The notes under the pieces were generated by a model. That model made no database searches and was not told where the DNA came from. It was given only the letters and a program-made list of their open reading frames with translations. Positions 17,955 through 26,437 of a stretch of DNA of 32,000 nt are shown one piece after another. The translations under genes were made by a program, and so were the position numbers. Each line of letters starts with the position of its first letter. Position 1 is the first letter of the stretch. This DNA is from Desulfotalea psychrophila LSv54 (GTDB taxonomy: Bacteria; Desulfobacterota; Desulfobulbia; Desulfobulbales; Desulfocapsaceae). The stretch spans positions 1,500,001 to 1,532,000 of the forward strand of contig NC_006138.1 in the NCBI RefSeq assembly GCF_000025945.1. Direction: 5' to 3'.

Positions 17955-18938
17955 TTATTTTCTGTAGGTGCTCAGAAGTTCTGTTCCGGCAGGACCTGCC
18001 TCTTTTTCCCATTCAGTAACAATTTCATTACCAATGACTTTGAAGCCTGACATGAGTTCCGGGGATGGTTGGATAATGTTCATGCCGTTATCCTTCATCA
18101 CCTGGATCTTGGTCTCTGTCTCTTTTTTGCTCATCTCCCAGCCGCGTAATTCTGCCTTTGCTCCTGCTTGGAGGAGTGCTGTTTGGGTCTCTTTATCTAG
18201 TCTGCGGAAGGCCCGCTTGTTAATAACAACAATGTTTTTGGGGAGCCAGGCCTGGATATCGGTGAAATCTTCTACAAAGTCCCACGCCTTGGAGTTTGCG
18301 CCCGTTGAAGGAGATGTGATCATGGCTGCAACTCGTCCGGTGGAAAATGCTTGTGGGATATCAGGAACCTCTACCTGGGTAGGTGCGGCTCCAAGTTTGT
18401 TTGCCAGTTTTTCGGAGGTGGCGTTATAGGTACGAAACTTAATGCCCTTTATGTCGCCAACCCTGTTGATTGCCTTTTGGGTATAGAGTCCCTGAGGTGG
18501 CCATGCCACAGAAAAAAGTGGCATCAGTCCTTGCTTGTCGAGGAGTTTCGCCACGATGGGCTTTTGTGCATTCCATAACTTTTTTGCATCGTCATAGTTT
18601 GTGGCCAGAAATGGTTGCGAGTCAGCTGCGAAGATGGGGTTTTCGTTACCGAGAAGAGACATGAAGAATTCACCGATGGGCACCTGCCCACCACGAACGG
18701 CATTTTTGATTTCAGGATGTTTAAAGAGGGATCCTGCCGTGTGCAATTTGATAACAAGTTTGCCGTCGGTGGCTTTTTTCACATCTTCGGCAAAGAGGGC
18801 GATATTCTGGGTGTGGAAGGTGGCGTCCGGGTAAGGTGTCGGCATATCCCATGAGGTGGCAAGGGCACTTGTGGCAAGGCTTGCCGAGAGGGCGATGCCA
18901 CCGATGGTTGAAATACATTTTCTGGAAAAATGTTTCAT
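17955..18938 (-). CDS. dctP: TRAP transporter substrate-binding protein (DctP type)
   Basis: 327 aa with signal peptide. GKLVIKLHTAGSLFKHPEIKNAVRGGQVPIGEFFMS...GIKFRTYNATSEKLANKLGAAPTQVEVPDIPQAFSTGRVAAMITSPSTG. Confidence 0.93.
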   Translation of the reverse strand: MKHFSRKCISTIGGIALSASLATSALATSWDMPTPYPDATFHTQNIALFAEDVKKATDGKLVIKLHTAGSLFKHPEIKNAVRGGQVPIGEFFMSLLGNENPIFAADSQPFLATNYDDAKKLWNAQKPIVAKLLDKQGLMPLFSVAWPPQGLYTQKAINRVGDIKGIKFRTYNATSEKLANKLGAAPTQVEVPDIPQAFSTGRVAAMITSPSTGANSKAWDFVEDFTDIQAWLPKNIVVINKRAFRRLDKETQTALLQAGAKAELRGWEMSKKETETKIQVMKDNGMNIIQPSPELMSGFKVIGNEIVTEWEKEAGPAGTELLSTYRK

Positions 18939-19362
18939 TACAGAATCTCCTTCAGGTAAAAGTCGTAGAGTTGGTGTAAAAAATCTGCCAGAGGCGAAAG
19001 AGACGAAAATGTTGTTTTTTTGCTACGCTCAATCGGCCTTTGGCCAAAAAGGGACATTGTAACGTAAATGTAATACATATGCCAGAGAGAAATTTTTTTA
19101 TTAGATAAATATCGGTGGGTAGGGTGGCATGGGGGTGATGCAGAAGCGCTAGGAAAAATATCTTCTTAAGGAGGGTCTTCTGCCCCGCTTTCATAAGATA
19201 TGAGATTGGTTCCGGTGAATATTGGCTGAGGTGCTGAAAAAATAGGGACTTTCCACTGCTTGGTAGAGCCGAATAACTTGTTCTGACAGCCCCTCTATGT
19301 GGATGTTTTATCTCGAAAAGTGGGTGTGCCCCCTTCCTTTTTTGTTGCAAGAATCCCTGGAG

Positions 19363-20590
19363 CTAATTTTTCTGCTGTACCTGTTGGATTTCTTGCAAAA
19401 TGCGATCGGTATTGATGAGACCAAAATCGTTACATAAATCTATGGCCAGGGCTGAAGCAAAGAGTAAGCCAATACAGATTGCCAGAATTTTTTTGCTAAG
19501 AGTTTTGCTTTTCATATAGAAAATTACAGCAGGCAAGACACCAAAGAGCAGGGCGATTCCTACTCCACCCACTACCCCAATCGCCTTTAGAAAAATAGAA
19601 GGAAAGAGGATGGCAATTATCAGTGGTGGGAGAAATGTTGCTGTAACTATTTTTGTTTTACTTCCACCTCCCAGGAGATCACGGTTGAAATCCATAAGTC
19701 CAATTCCATTGGCCGCATAGGATGTGCAAATTGCAGTAAGTGAAAAGATGATGGCTACAGCGCTAAAATAGGGATTCGCCAAGATATGTCCAATGGGGAC
19801 GGTGGCGGGCAGGCCATGTTGGAAGCTACTGACAATAGAATTTGTGCCAATTGTGAGGGGGAGGACGCCAATTCCAATCGCAACCCATATGAAATTCATT
19901 ATGAAACCAATCACCATGCCAAGAAGCATGGCGCGGGAAATGGCCGAAATATCCCAGTCCATATCTCTGCAAATGGTGGGAATAATATTATGGAAATGAA
20001 AGGCGCAGAGGATGACGGGGGACCGCAATGGGTAAAAAACGGAGATCGTGGAGGAGCATATTATGTAACTCAAGATGCCCGGAACCCATAATGACCAGGC
20101 TTGCAAAGGAGATCCCAAGGAAAAGCATCAGTAATTCGTTGTAACGGGCTACAAAACTTGTTCCGCCAGCGGTGAATGCCGAGAGTGTAATGAAGAGGAG
20201 GATGGTTACGATGAGGGTAAGAAGGGAGTTGGGAGCTGTCTTACCTGAAATGGCAGAAACTATAATAGTTGTGCCGCCGCCAATGTAGGCGGTGAGTAGA
20301 CCATAAAGGATAAGGAGGTTGGCCCCGGTGGCGACCCATTTCCCCAAAGGTCCCAGATATTTTTCATATAAACTTGGGTAGTTAAAGGTATCTTTTTTTT
20401 GCTCGACGGCCTCTTTTGCCAGAACAATGGCTGAAAAATACATTGCTGCGGCAAAGACAATCATTGCCAAAGATGAGAAGAGGAGTCCGGCCCCCCCTGT
20501 CTGTATTGGCAGGGCAAGTATTCCTGCCCCAATGAGGTTTCCCGTGATTAAAAGAGCAATCATCACGGTGCCCTTCTTCTTGTTATCCAT
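19363..20590 (-). pseudogene. Aromatic amino acid (tryptophan/tyrosine, HAAAP/Mtr-TyrP type) permease, split by an apparent 1-nt insertion in the G5 run at 20017-20021
   Basis: N-terminal ORF 19988..20590 (MDNKKKGTVMIALLITGNLIGAGILALPIQTGGAG...LLLHDLRFLPIAVP) and C-terminal ORF 19363..20118 (...VILCAFHFHNIIPTICRDMDWD...). Removing one C from the minus-strand C5 run gives ...LRFLPIAVPVILCAFHFHNIIP..., a single protein of about 400 aa. Confidence 0.88.
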
Positions 20591-21121
20591 CTACTTTGCC
20601 TCCTGAAGGTTTGAAAAATAATTTAGTAGTGGAAGCAGTGAGATTGTCAGGCGACTTCATTAAAGGATACTTACTTGCTGAAGTAGCTCTCCAAATGGTG
20701 GAGAGTAACGAAGGCGATAGTTTTAGTCATAGCCAGGGGTTGTTTATTGGCTCAATGCTCTGCGGGCTTGGCAGGGCATTAACAATTTTGCAAATCGAAG
20801 CACTTGACATGGATGTATAGCTTATCTGTTTATAAATAAAGAATTATTATTACTGATTTTATAGGATATAAACTGCGTATGCAAATATTAGCGTCTACTA
20901 ATTCTGCTCTTGACAGATTTCAGGTGAAGAGGGAGGGGTTCTTGCATATATGATCCTGTTAGCAAGGAGTTGCAAGTGTTCAGCAAAGCCGAACAACTTG
21001 TCCTGTTTTTCGTAATTTCTTTTTTTCAGACTGGGGGGTATATAGAAATTGTAGGAAAGAAAAAATATCATACAGCTCCTGTAGCTGTGTTTGTCATAGA
21101 ACTTCTATCAAGGGTAATGTA

Positions 21122-21235
21122 ATGAAAAATATACTCGTAAAAAAAATGAATGTTGTAGCTCAAATAGCTCTTGCTGTTGCTCTTTTGAGTCTTGTAACTC
21201 TTGGACCAGTTGAGATTGCGCTGCTTCTTGCTTAA
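21122..21235 (+). CDS. Possible 37-aa single-TM micro-protein
   Basis: MKNILVKKMNVVAQIALAVALLSLVTLGPVEIALLLA*: basic N-terminus, hydrophobic core, isolated in an intergenic region with a strong terminator shortly downstream. Only a weak RBS. Confidence 0.35.
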   Translation: MKNILVKKMNVVAQIALAVALLSLVTLGPVEIALLLA

Positions 21236-21290
21236 AAGTTACTGCCCAAAGCAGGTTCCTAAAACTTTATTCCTCCTAGTGTATAAAGTA

Positions 21291-21327
21291 AAAGCCCTCT
21301 CTGATGTACGTCAGAGAGGGCTTTTTT
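21291..21327. terminator. Strong (bidirectional) Rho-independent terminator
   Basis: AAAGCCCTCTCTGA-TGTACG-TCAGAGAGGGCTTT followed by T residues on the + strand; the complementary A/T tract supports minus-strand termination of the ABC operon. Confidence 0.9.
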
Positions 21328-21337
21328 GTCTCCTCTC

Positions 21338-22090
21338 CTATTCCAACTCCTTCAGTATGGAATCTGTCAGCTGCCCAAACTTTTGTAGAGCCCTGCTACG
21401 GGGACGTTCCATATCCACCTCTATTTCCCTGCGGATTTGTCCGGGACTCTTGGACATAACTATAATCCTGTCGGCAAGAAAAATAGCCTCATCGACGCTA
21501 TGGGTGACCAGTATAATTGTCTTATGGGTCATCTGCCAAACCTTTAAGAGCTCTTTTTGCAGGAGGATGCGGGTGTGAGCATCCAAGGCACCGAAGGGTT
21601 CATCCATAAGCAGGACATCGGGGTCATTGGCCAGGGCCCGGGCAATGGCAACTCTCTGCCGCATTCCTCCGGAGAGTTCATGAGGGTAGGCATCCTTAAA
21701 TCCTTCCATATTGACCATTTTTAGATAGTGCATGGCGTTTTTGTGCCGTTTTTTTTCTTTTACTCCGGCAAAGAGGGGCCCTGCTGCAACATTATCCAGT
21801 ACGGTCATCCAGGGAAAGAGCGAATACTCTTGGAAGACCACGCCAATTTCACCGCAGGGCTTAGTTATGGGTGAAGAACAGTAACGGGCCTCTCCTGTCG
21901 TGGCCTTCTCAAGACCTGCCATAATGCGAAGGATGGTAGATTTGCCACAACCCGAGGGGCCCACTATGCAGGTAAAAGATTTTTCAGGGATCTGTAGGTT
22001 TATATCTCTGGTGGCGAGGAACTTATCGCCTTTTTGGGTGGTGAAGGTCTTGGATACGCCATTAACGGCTAAAATATTTTTCTCCTTCAT
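21338..22090 (-). CDS. NitT/TauT-family ABC transporter ATP-binding protein
   Basis: 250 aa. CIVGPSGCGKSTILRI, HELSGGMRQRVAIARALANDPDVLLMDEPFGALDAHTR, ILVTHSVDEAIFLADRIIVMS. Confidence 0.94.
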   Translation of the reverse strand: MKEKNILAVNGVSKTFTTQKGDKFLATRDINLQIPEKSFTCIVGPSGCGKSTILRIMAGLEKATTGEARYCSSPITKPCGEIGVVFQEYSLFPWMTVLDNVAAGPLFAGVKEKKRHKNAMHYLKMVNMEGFKDAYPHELSGGMRQRVAIARALANDPDVLLMDEPFGALDAHTRILLQKELLKVWQMTHKTIILVTHSVDEAIFLADRIIVMSKSPGQIRREIEVDMERPRSRALQKFGQLTDSILKELE

Positions 22091-22926
22091 TTATTTACCT
22101 GCCTGCACCATGAAAATTTTTTCTGTTCAATATGGCGGAAGATGATATCCATCAGAGCTCCGACAAACCCTATTGAAATCATTCCGGCAATAACGATATC
22201 TGTTGAGGCGAGGGTGAAGGCGTGGGTGATTAGATATCCAACCCCTGAAAGTGAGCCGGGAAGCATTTCTGCAGAGACCAGGCACATCCAGGCTATGCCC
22301 AGGCCAATTCGCATTCCCGTTATGATGGAGGGCATGGCAGCGGGGATGAGGATTTTTTGAAAAATTTGTCTCTCGCTTGCCCCAAGTACTCTTGCTGAAT
22401 CAATGAGGGTGACATTGACGTTGCGTACGCCGTGGATTGTTGAGGTTAAAATGGGATAAAATGCGCCGATGAAAATAATAAAGAGCATGGAAAATTTGAT
22501 GTTGTTCAGATAGATAAATGTCTTGCCTGTTTCAGCACCGACAAGCGTGGCAAGGCTTGCTATGCCAAACCAGGCGATGACCAGTGGAACCCAGGCAAGG
22601 GGTGGAATTGGCCTGAAGATGTTGAGGAAACCGTTGAAAAATTTATAGGTAAGTTGAGAGTATCCCATTATAACTCCTAAGGGGATGGCTATCAGGGCGG
22701 CAAGAGCATAGCCCATGATTACTCGGACCAGACTGATTAAAACATTGGCAATAAGTGAGCCCATGCTGAGTAGATCCAGTGTGGGGTGGAATATGATTGC
22801 TGCCACCTGACCAATTTGGGGGAGGATGACTTGATTTCCAATTCTATGGGCCATGATAAGCCAGATGAGAAGTAGCAGTATGGGAGCAAGAATTGGAATT
22901 ACCAGGAAGAGAGATTTGTTTTTCAT
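22087..22926 (-). CDS. NitT/TauT-family ABC transporter permease
   Basis: 279 aa. Multi-TM with FRPIPPLAWVPLVIAWFGI and LIDSARVLGASERQIFQKILIPAAMPSIITGMRIGLGIAWMCLVSAEML. Confidence 0.94.
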   Translation of the reverse strand: MKNKSLFLVIPILAPILLLLIWLIMAHRIGNQVILPQIGQVAAIIFHPTLDLLSMGSLIANVLISLVRVIMGYALAALIAIPLGVIMGYSQLTYKFFNGFLNIFRPIPPLAWVPLVIAWFGIASLATLVGAETGKTFIYLNNIKFSMLFIIFIGAFYPILTSTIHGVRNVNVTLIDSARVLGASERQIFQKILIPAAMPSIITGMRIGLGIAWMCLVSAEMLPGSLSGVGYLITHAFTLASTDIVIAGMISIGFVGALMDIIFRHIEQKKFSWCRQVNK

Positions 22927-22935
22927 TTTTTTAAT

Positions 22936-22972
22936 AGCTACACCTGACAGGATTTTTCTGGCGGGTGTAGCT
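22936..22972 (-). other. Intercistronic stem-loop between the ABC SBP gene and the permease gene
   Basis: AGCTACACC (22936-22944) / GGTGTAGCT (22964-22972), 9-bp perfect stem; no U-tract on the transcribed (minus) strand. Confidence 0.65.
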
Positions 22973-22995
22973 CTTTTTTTGAGATTTTGCCCGTT

Positions 22996-24117
22996 TTACT
23001 CTTGATCAAGGGCCTTTTTGTTAAAGGAAAAATCATAGAGAAGGGGTGCTGCTTTTGCCAGATCCATATCTTTTAATTTACCCTTGAACTTATGCATGCC
23101 ATTCAACATGGTAAGAAAGATTCCTTCGCCCTTGAGCCAGTTTTGGCTAGGAGTGGTGGTGTAGATGATGGTGGATTTTTCGATGGCCGCAGCCGGAACT
23201 CCAATCCAACGCGATGAAATTTTTGCTGTTTCTTTTTTGTTGTTATTGCTCCAGGCGGTGGCTGCTGTCATAATATCTGCCATTGCTTGGACGATTTCAG
23301 GTTGTTCTTTAATGGCTTGCTCACTTGCCCCCATGACACAGCAGGGAAAATCCGTCCAGGCGCCTAGAGGGGGGAGATCCCGGGAATCAAGGCCGATATG
23401 ACCAACTTTTTTATACTCTGCAACGACGGGATGAGGAGCAGGCCCGACCCAGCTGTCAACCTGCTTGCTCAGGAGGGCGGGGATGAGGTTGGCGGTGGAT
23501 TTAAGATCGACCATTAATATATCGGCCTCGACGTCATTGGGATTTTCGCTGATTTTAAATCCTGCCCTGTGCAGGGCACCCTCAAAAACGACACGAGGTG
23601 CGCTAGTGGGGGAGTGATAGCCTATTTTGTATGGTGTTTTTGAGGCCTTGATGGCTGTGGCAAGATCCTGGTAGCTGTTGATCTTGCTCTCCATCGGGAA
23701 GACCATGCTCATGCCGTCAACATGGAGGGGACAGATAATTTTTACCTTGGTACCCTTGTCGATACCGCTCATAAAGGCCGTGCTGGAGGCGAGGCCGAGA
23801 TCAAGGCGATTCATGGCAAAGAGGGTTGAGGTCTCGGAACCATTTTTGGAAACGATGAGGTTAATTACGGCCAGAGTTTTGCCATCTGCTGCGATAAGCC
23901 TGTATTTTTGCTTTGCCACCATGGACGCAAGGTATGGGCCTGTGGGATTGAGTTCTTTGCCTCTGTCAGCTGCAACCATAAGGGGGCTGTGGTGAGTGGT
24001 GAGGATATAGCCCATATAGATATTTGGTGCCTTGGCTGCATAGACATTACCCATTGCCAGTGTTACTACCATGGCAATGATAACTGCCTGTATTTTTCGT
24101 TTTAAATTACGATGCAT
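22996..24117 (-). CDS. NitT/TauT-type ABC transporter substrate-binding protein
   Basis: 373 aa with signal peptide MHRNLKRKIQAVIIAMVVTLAMGNVYAA. FAMNRLDLGLASSTAFMSGIDKGTKVKIICPLHVDGMSMVF; VDLKSTANLIPALLSKQVDSWVGPAPHPVVAEYKK. Confidence 0.82.
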   Translation of the reverse strand: MHRNLKRKIQAVIIAMVVTLAMGNVYAAKAPNIYMGYILTTHHSPLMVAADRGKELNPTGPYLASMVAKQKYRLIAADGKTLAVINLIVSKNGSETSTLFAMNRLDLGLASSTAFMSGIDKGTKVKIICPLHVDGMSMVFPMESKINSYQDLATAIKASKTPYKIGYHSPTSAPRVVFEGALHRAGFKISENPNDVEADILMVDLKSTANLIPALLSKQVDSWVGPAPHPVVAEYKKVGHIGLDSRDLPPLGAWTDFPCCVMGASEQAIKEQPEIVQAMADIMTAATAWSNNNKKETAKISSRWIGVPAAAIEKSTIIYTTTPSQNWLKGEGIFLTMLNGMHKFKGKLKDMDLAKAAPLLYDFSFNKKALDQE

Positions 24118-24135
24118 CTCTTCTTTTCTCCTCTG

Positions 24136-25269
24136 TTATTCTGCGAGTTCAATTAAGGCTTCGATACGGGTTCGAAGCTGTCCTTCGTCTGATTCTGAAT
24201 AGTCGGTTTCAATATGTAGGAAGGGAAGCCCTGTTTCCTCTTCAATAGTTCTTTGCAGGGTGGTGGATTCGGCATTGTAGGTATGGCATCCAAGCCAGGT
24301 CATATCCAGGATGGCGTCTACCTCGAAGGCCTTTACCATCTCTTTGATGGATTTGGCCCTGTTTGGATTCGGGGTCATGCAGGAGCAGGGAATTTGCAGA
24401 TAACGTTCTGCAAGTGCCAGGTAGGGATCGCCGGTTTCTGTTACAGGCATGGTCATTCCCTTGAGGCCGGAGCAGTTTTCCATGCAGACAACCCGGGCAC
24501 CGAGCTCCTCGGCAATTTGGATTACCTTGTCAGAGCCTATGCCCACGGGGCATCCGGTGAGGAGGAGACGGATACCATTTCGTTCTGGTAGTCCCTCCTC
24601 TTGTAGATGTTCTTCTAGTTCTGTGTGCAGGCAGATCAGCTGTGCGAGGTATTTTTCCGGGTAGACGGTAAAGCTCTTACTCTCCTGGACGGCGAGCATA
24701 TCTCGGGCTGTCAGTGGTGATCGTTTATCGGCGGCAAGCAGGGAGAGGTTGTAGAGCTCATGTCTAATCTTGTTTTGGAGGACAATCTGTTGGTGGAGCA
24801 CTTCCTCCTTGACCTCTATTCCAGAGCAGTCGGTGAGGAACTGTTTTAACTCTTCAAGGCCATCCCGCCAATATTGGAGGGGGGCGCTGCCCTGCTGAGT
24901 ATGAGGTAGATGCATAAGATGCATGGGCTTGATCTTGCCCATCAGCTCATACATTTTCTTTTTACCGTCACATGTTGTTTCGGCGATAAGGATGTCTGAA
25001 AAACTGAAAAAGGGGCAGCTGTCGGTTATAGCGTAGCCGTAACTTGATTTAATGAGGGGGCAGAGGCTGGCGGGCAGGTCTCTCTCTGCATCTTTAATGG
25101 GCTGTTGTTTTTTTCCACAGAGGCTTACCGGTACTATTCCGGCAGCTCGTATCAGCTCGTTTGGGGCGTATATGCAGTATACTCCTGCAATTTTGCCGCC
25201 AGCCTGTTGGTGGGCGTCGAGCTCTGCGATGCTGAGCTCTGAGAAGGAGGTGAAGGCCTTGAGATTCAT
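24136..25269 (-). CDS. 2-hydroxyacyl-CoA dehydratase / HgdB-BcrB superfamily protein resembling double-cubane-cluster proteins (YjiM-like); likely start 25269
   Basis: CIYAPNELIRAAGIVPVSLCGKKQQPIKDAERDLPASLCPLIKSSYGYAITDSCPFFSFSDILIAETTCDGKKKMYELM; LLLTGCPVGIGSDKVIQIAEELGARVVCMENCSG; IPCSCMTPNPNR; LHIETDYSESDEGQLRTRIEALIE. Confidence 0.88.
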   Translation of the reverse strand: MNLKAFTSFSELSIAELDAHQQAGGKIAGVYCIYAPNELIRAAGIVPVSLCGKKQQPIKDAERDLPASLCPLIKSSYGYAITDSCPFFSFSDILIAETTCDGKKKMYELMGKIKPMHLMHLPHTQQGSAPLQYWRDGLEELKQFLTDCSGIEVKEEVLHQQIVLQNKIRHELYNLSLLAADKRSPLTARDMLAVQESKSFTVYPEKYLAQLICLHTELEEHLQEEGLPERNGIRLLLTGCPVGIGSDKVIQIAEELGARVVCMENCSGLKGMTMPVTETGDPYLALAERYLQIPCSCMTPNPNRAKSIKEMVKAFEVDAILDMTWLGCHTYNAESTTLQRTIEEETGLPFLHIETDYSESDEGQLRTRIEALIELAE

Positions 25270-25435
25270 ATTGTCCTGTCCTGTCGATATTGTTTTAATG
25301 GTTAGCAGACTGTGCAACGTTTAGCTAAAAAAACCATTTATTACAAATAGTTATTACCGATAGTAGGGCGTCTGTGAATAGGGAAAATCTATTGGCAGGG
25401 ACTGAGTCTTTGTCTGGTGATTGGACAGGTGAAAA

Positions 25436-25460
25436 TCCTCTTCGCTATTGGCGAAGAGGA
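25436..25460. terminator. Stem-loop terminator (bidirectional potential)
   Basis: TCCTCTTCGC-TATTG-GCGAAGAGGA perfect 10-bp stem, flanked by AAAA on the left and CTTTTG on the right. Confidence 0.75.
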
Positions 25461-25484
25461 CTTTTGTTTGATAGGTTTTGCCTC

Positions 25485-25928
25485 TTATTTATTCTGTCCT
25501 GCCATCCAGGTAACGATTTCTTTTTGGTCATTAATAATAAAGGTCATATCTGCTTCAGAGAAATAGTATGAGGTATTTGCCCCGTTATTTTTTGCGGCAA
25601 TGACCTTGTACTCTCCAAGATTCTCCTTGTAGTAGTCTGGATGCCAGGGCGAGCCCGGCTGGGCATGGCTCACTATCCACTCCCTCTTGATTTGCTGTTT
25701 TTGCATAAGAGCAGCCTGATATCCCTGTATCCAGTTATCTGTGGTCTTGGTCGGGTTAACTGGCTCTTCCCTTTGACCGAAATTATACCATACTGCAGTA
25801 AGCATAAAGAGACAGACGACGATACTGGCCCACCAGGAGAGGCGCCTGGCTCGGCTGCGAGGTCTACCCGCTTGGCTATTCTTTTGAGATTGGTGGGTGT
25901 GCTTTTCTGCCTGAAGCTGATTTGCCAT
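25485..25928 (-). CDS. Hypothetical membrane-anchored protein
   Basis: 147 aa. One TM segment (LSWWASIVVCLFMLTAVWYNF) after a basic N-terminus, then a soluble domain GSPWHPDYYKENLGEYKVIAAKNNGANTSYYFSEADMTFII; terminator-like stem follows. Confidence 0.6.
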   Translation of the reverse strand: MANQLQAEKHTHQSQKNSQAGRPRSRARRLSWWASIVVCLFMLTAVWYNFGQREEPVNPTKTTDNWIQGYQAALMQKQQIKREWIVSHAQPGSPWHPDYYKENLGEYKVIAAKNNGANTSYYFSEADMTFIINDQKEIVTWMAGQNK

Positions 25929-26437
25929 ACTGTCACCTCTTGGGTAGGTTTATTTGCTCTGCAATAGAGAGAGAGGTCTTTGTGAAATTTTAAAGACCCA
26001 TGTTTTTTATAAACTATTGTTGAAATCAATTAAAAATATCTTTTAGGAGACTACCTCCGCTTGCGCCTGGTTGACTTGGGTCAGAGAGACCTGTCTCTGT
26101 ACCTTTTTCCCAATGAGCCCTCGGGAGGATTCTTGAGAGAAATGGCGATTCAGTCTGGGCAATTTTTGATTTTATAGGGGTAGAAAAAGTGGTTTTTTCT
26201 TTTGTCATTAAATGCTTGTCTATTTTATTTTATCATGGAAGAGGAGAATGTACATATAAATAGATATTGTTAGGGGAAATAGGGTATTTTGGTGTTATTG
26301 ATCTTTTTTTCAGGGTTAGATCTGCCTGGTTGAGTAATGGCACGAGTTTTTTTCTTGCCTTCAAATTTGCTGATTACTACCATTTGACACGTTTGATAAT
26401 CAAATCTTTGATTCATTTAATATAATGTGAGGAAAGA

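Noticed and set aside
18952-19350. 132-aa minus-strand ORF upstream of dctP
   Set aside because: No domain-like features or RBS; it appears to be the non-coding gap between the permease and dctP.
20596-20820. 74-aa plus-strand ORF (MPPEGLKNNLVVEAVRLSG...)
   Set aside because: It overlaps the permease promoter/RBS region antisense and has no recognisable features.
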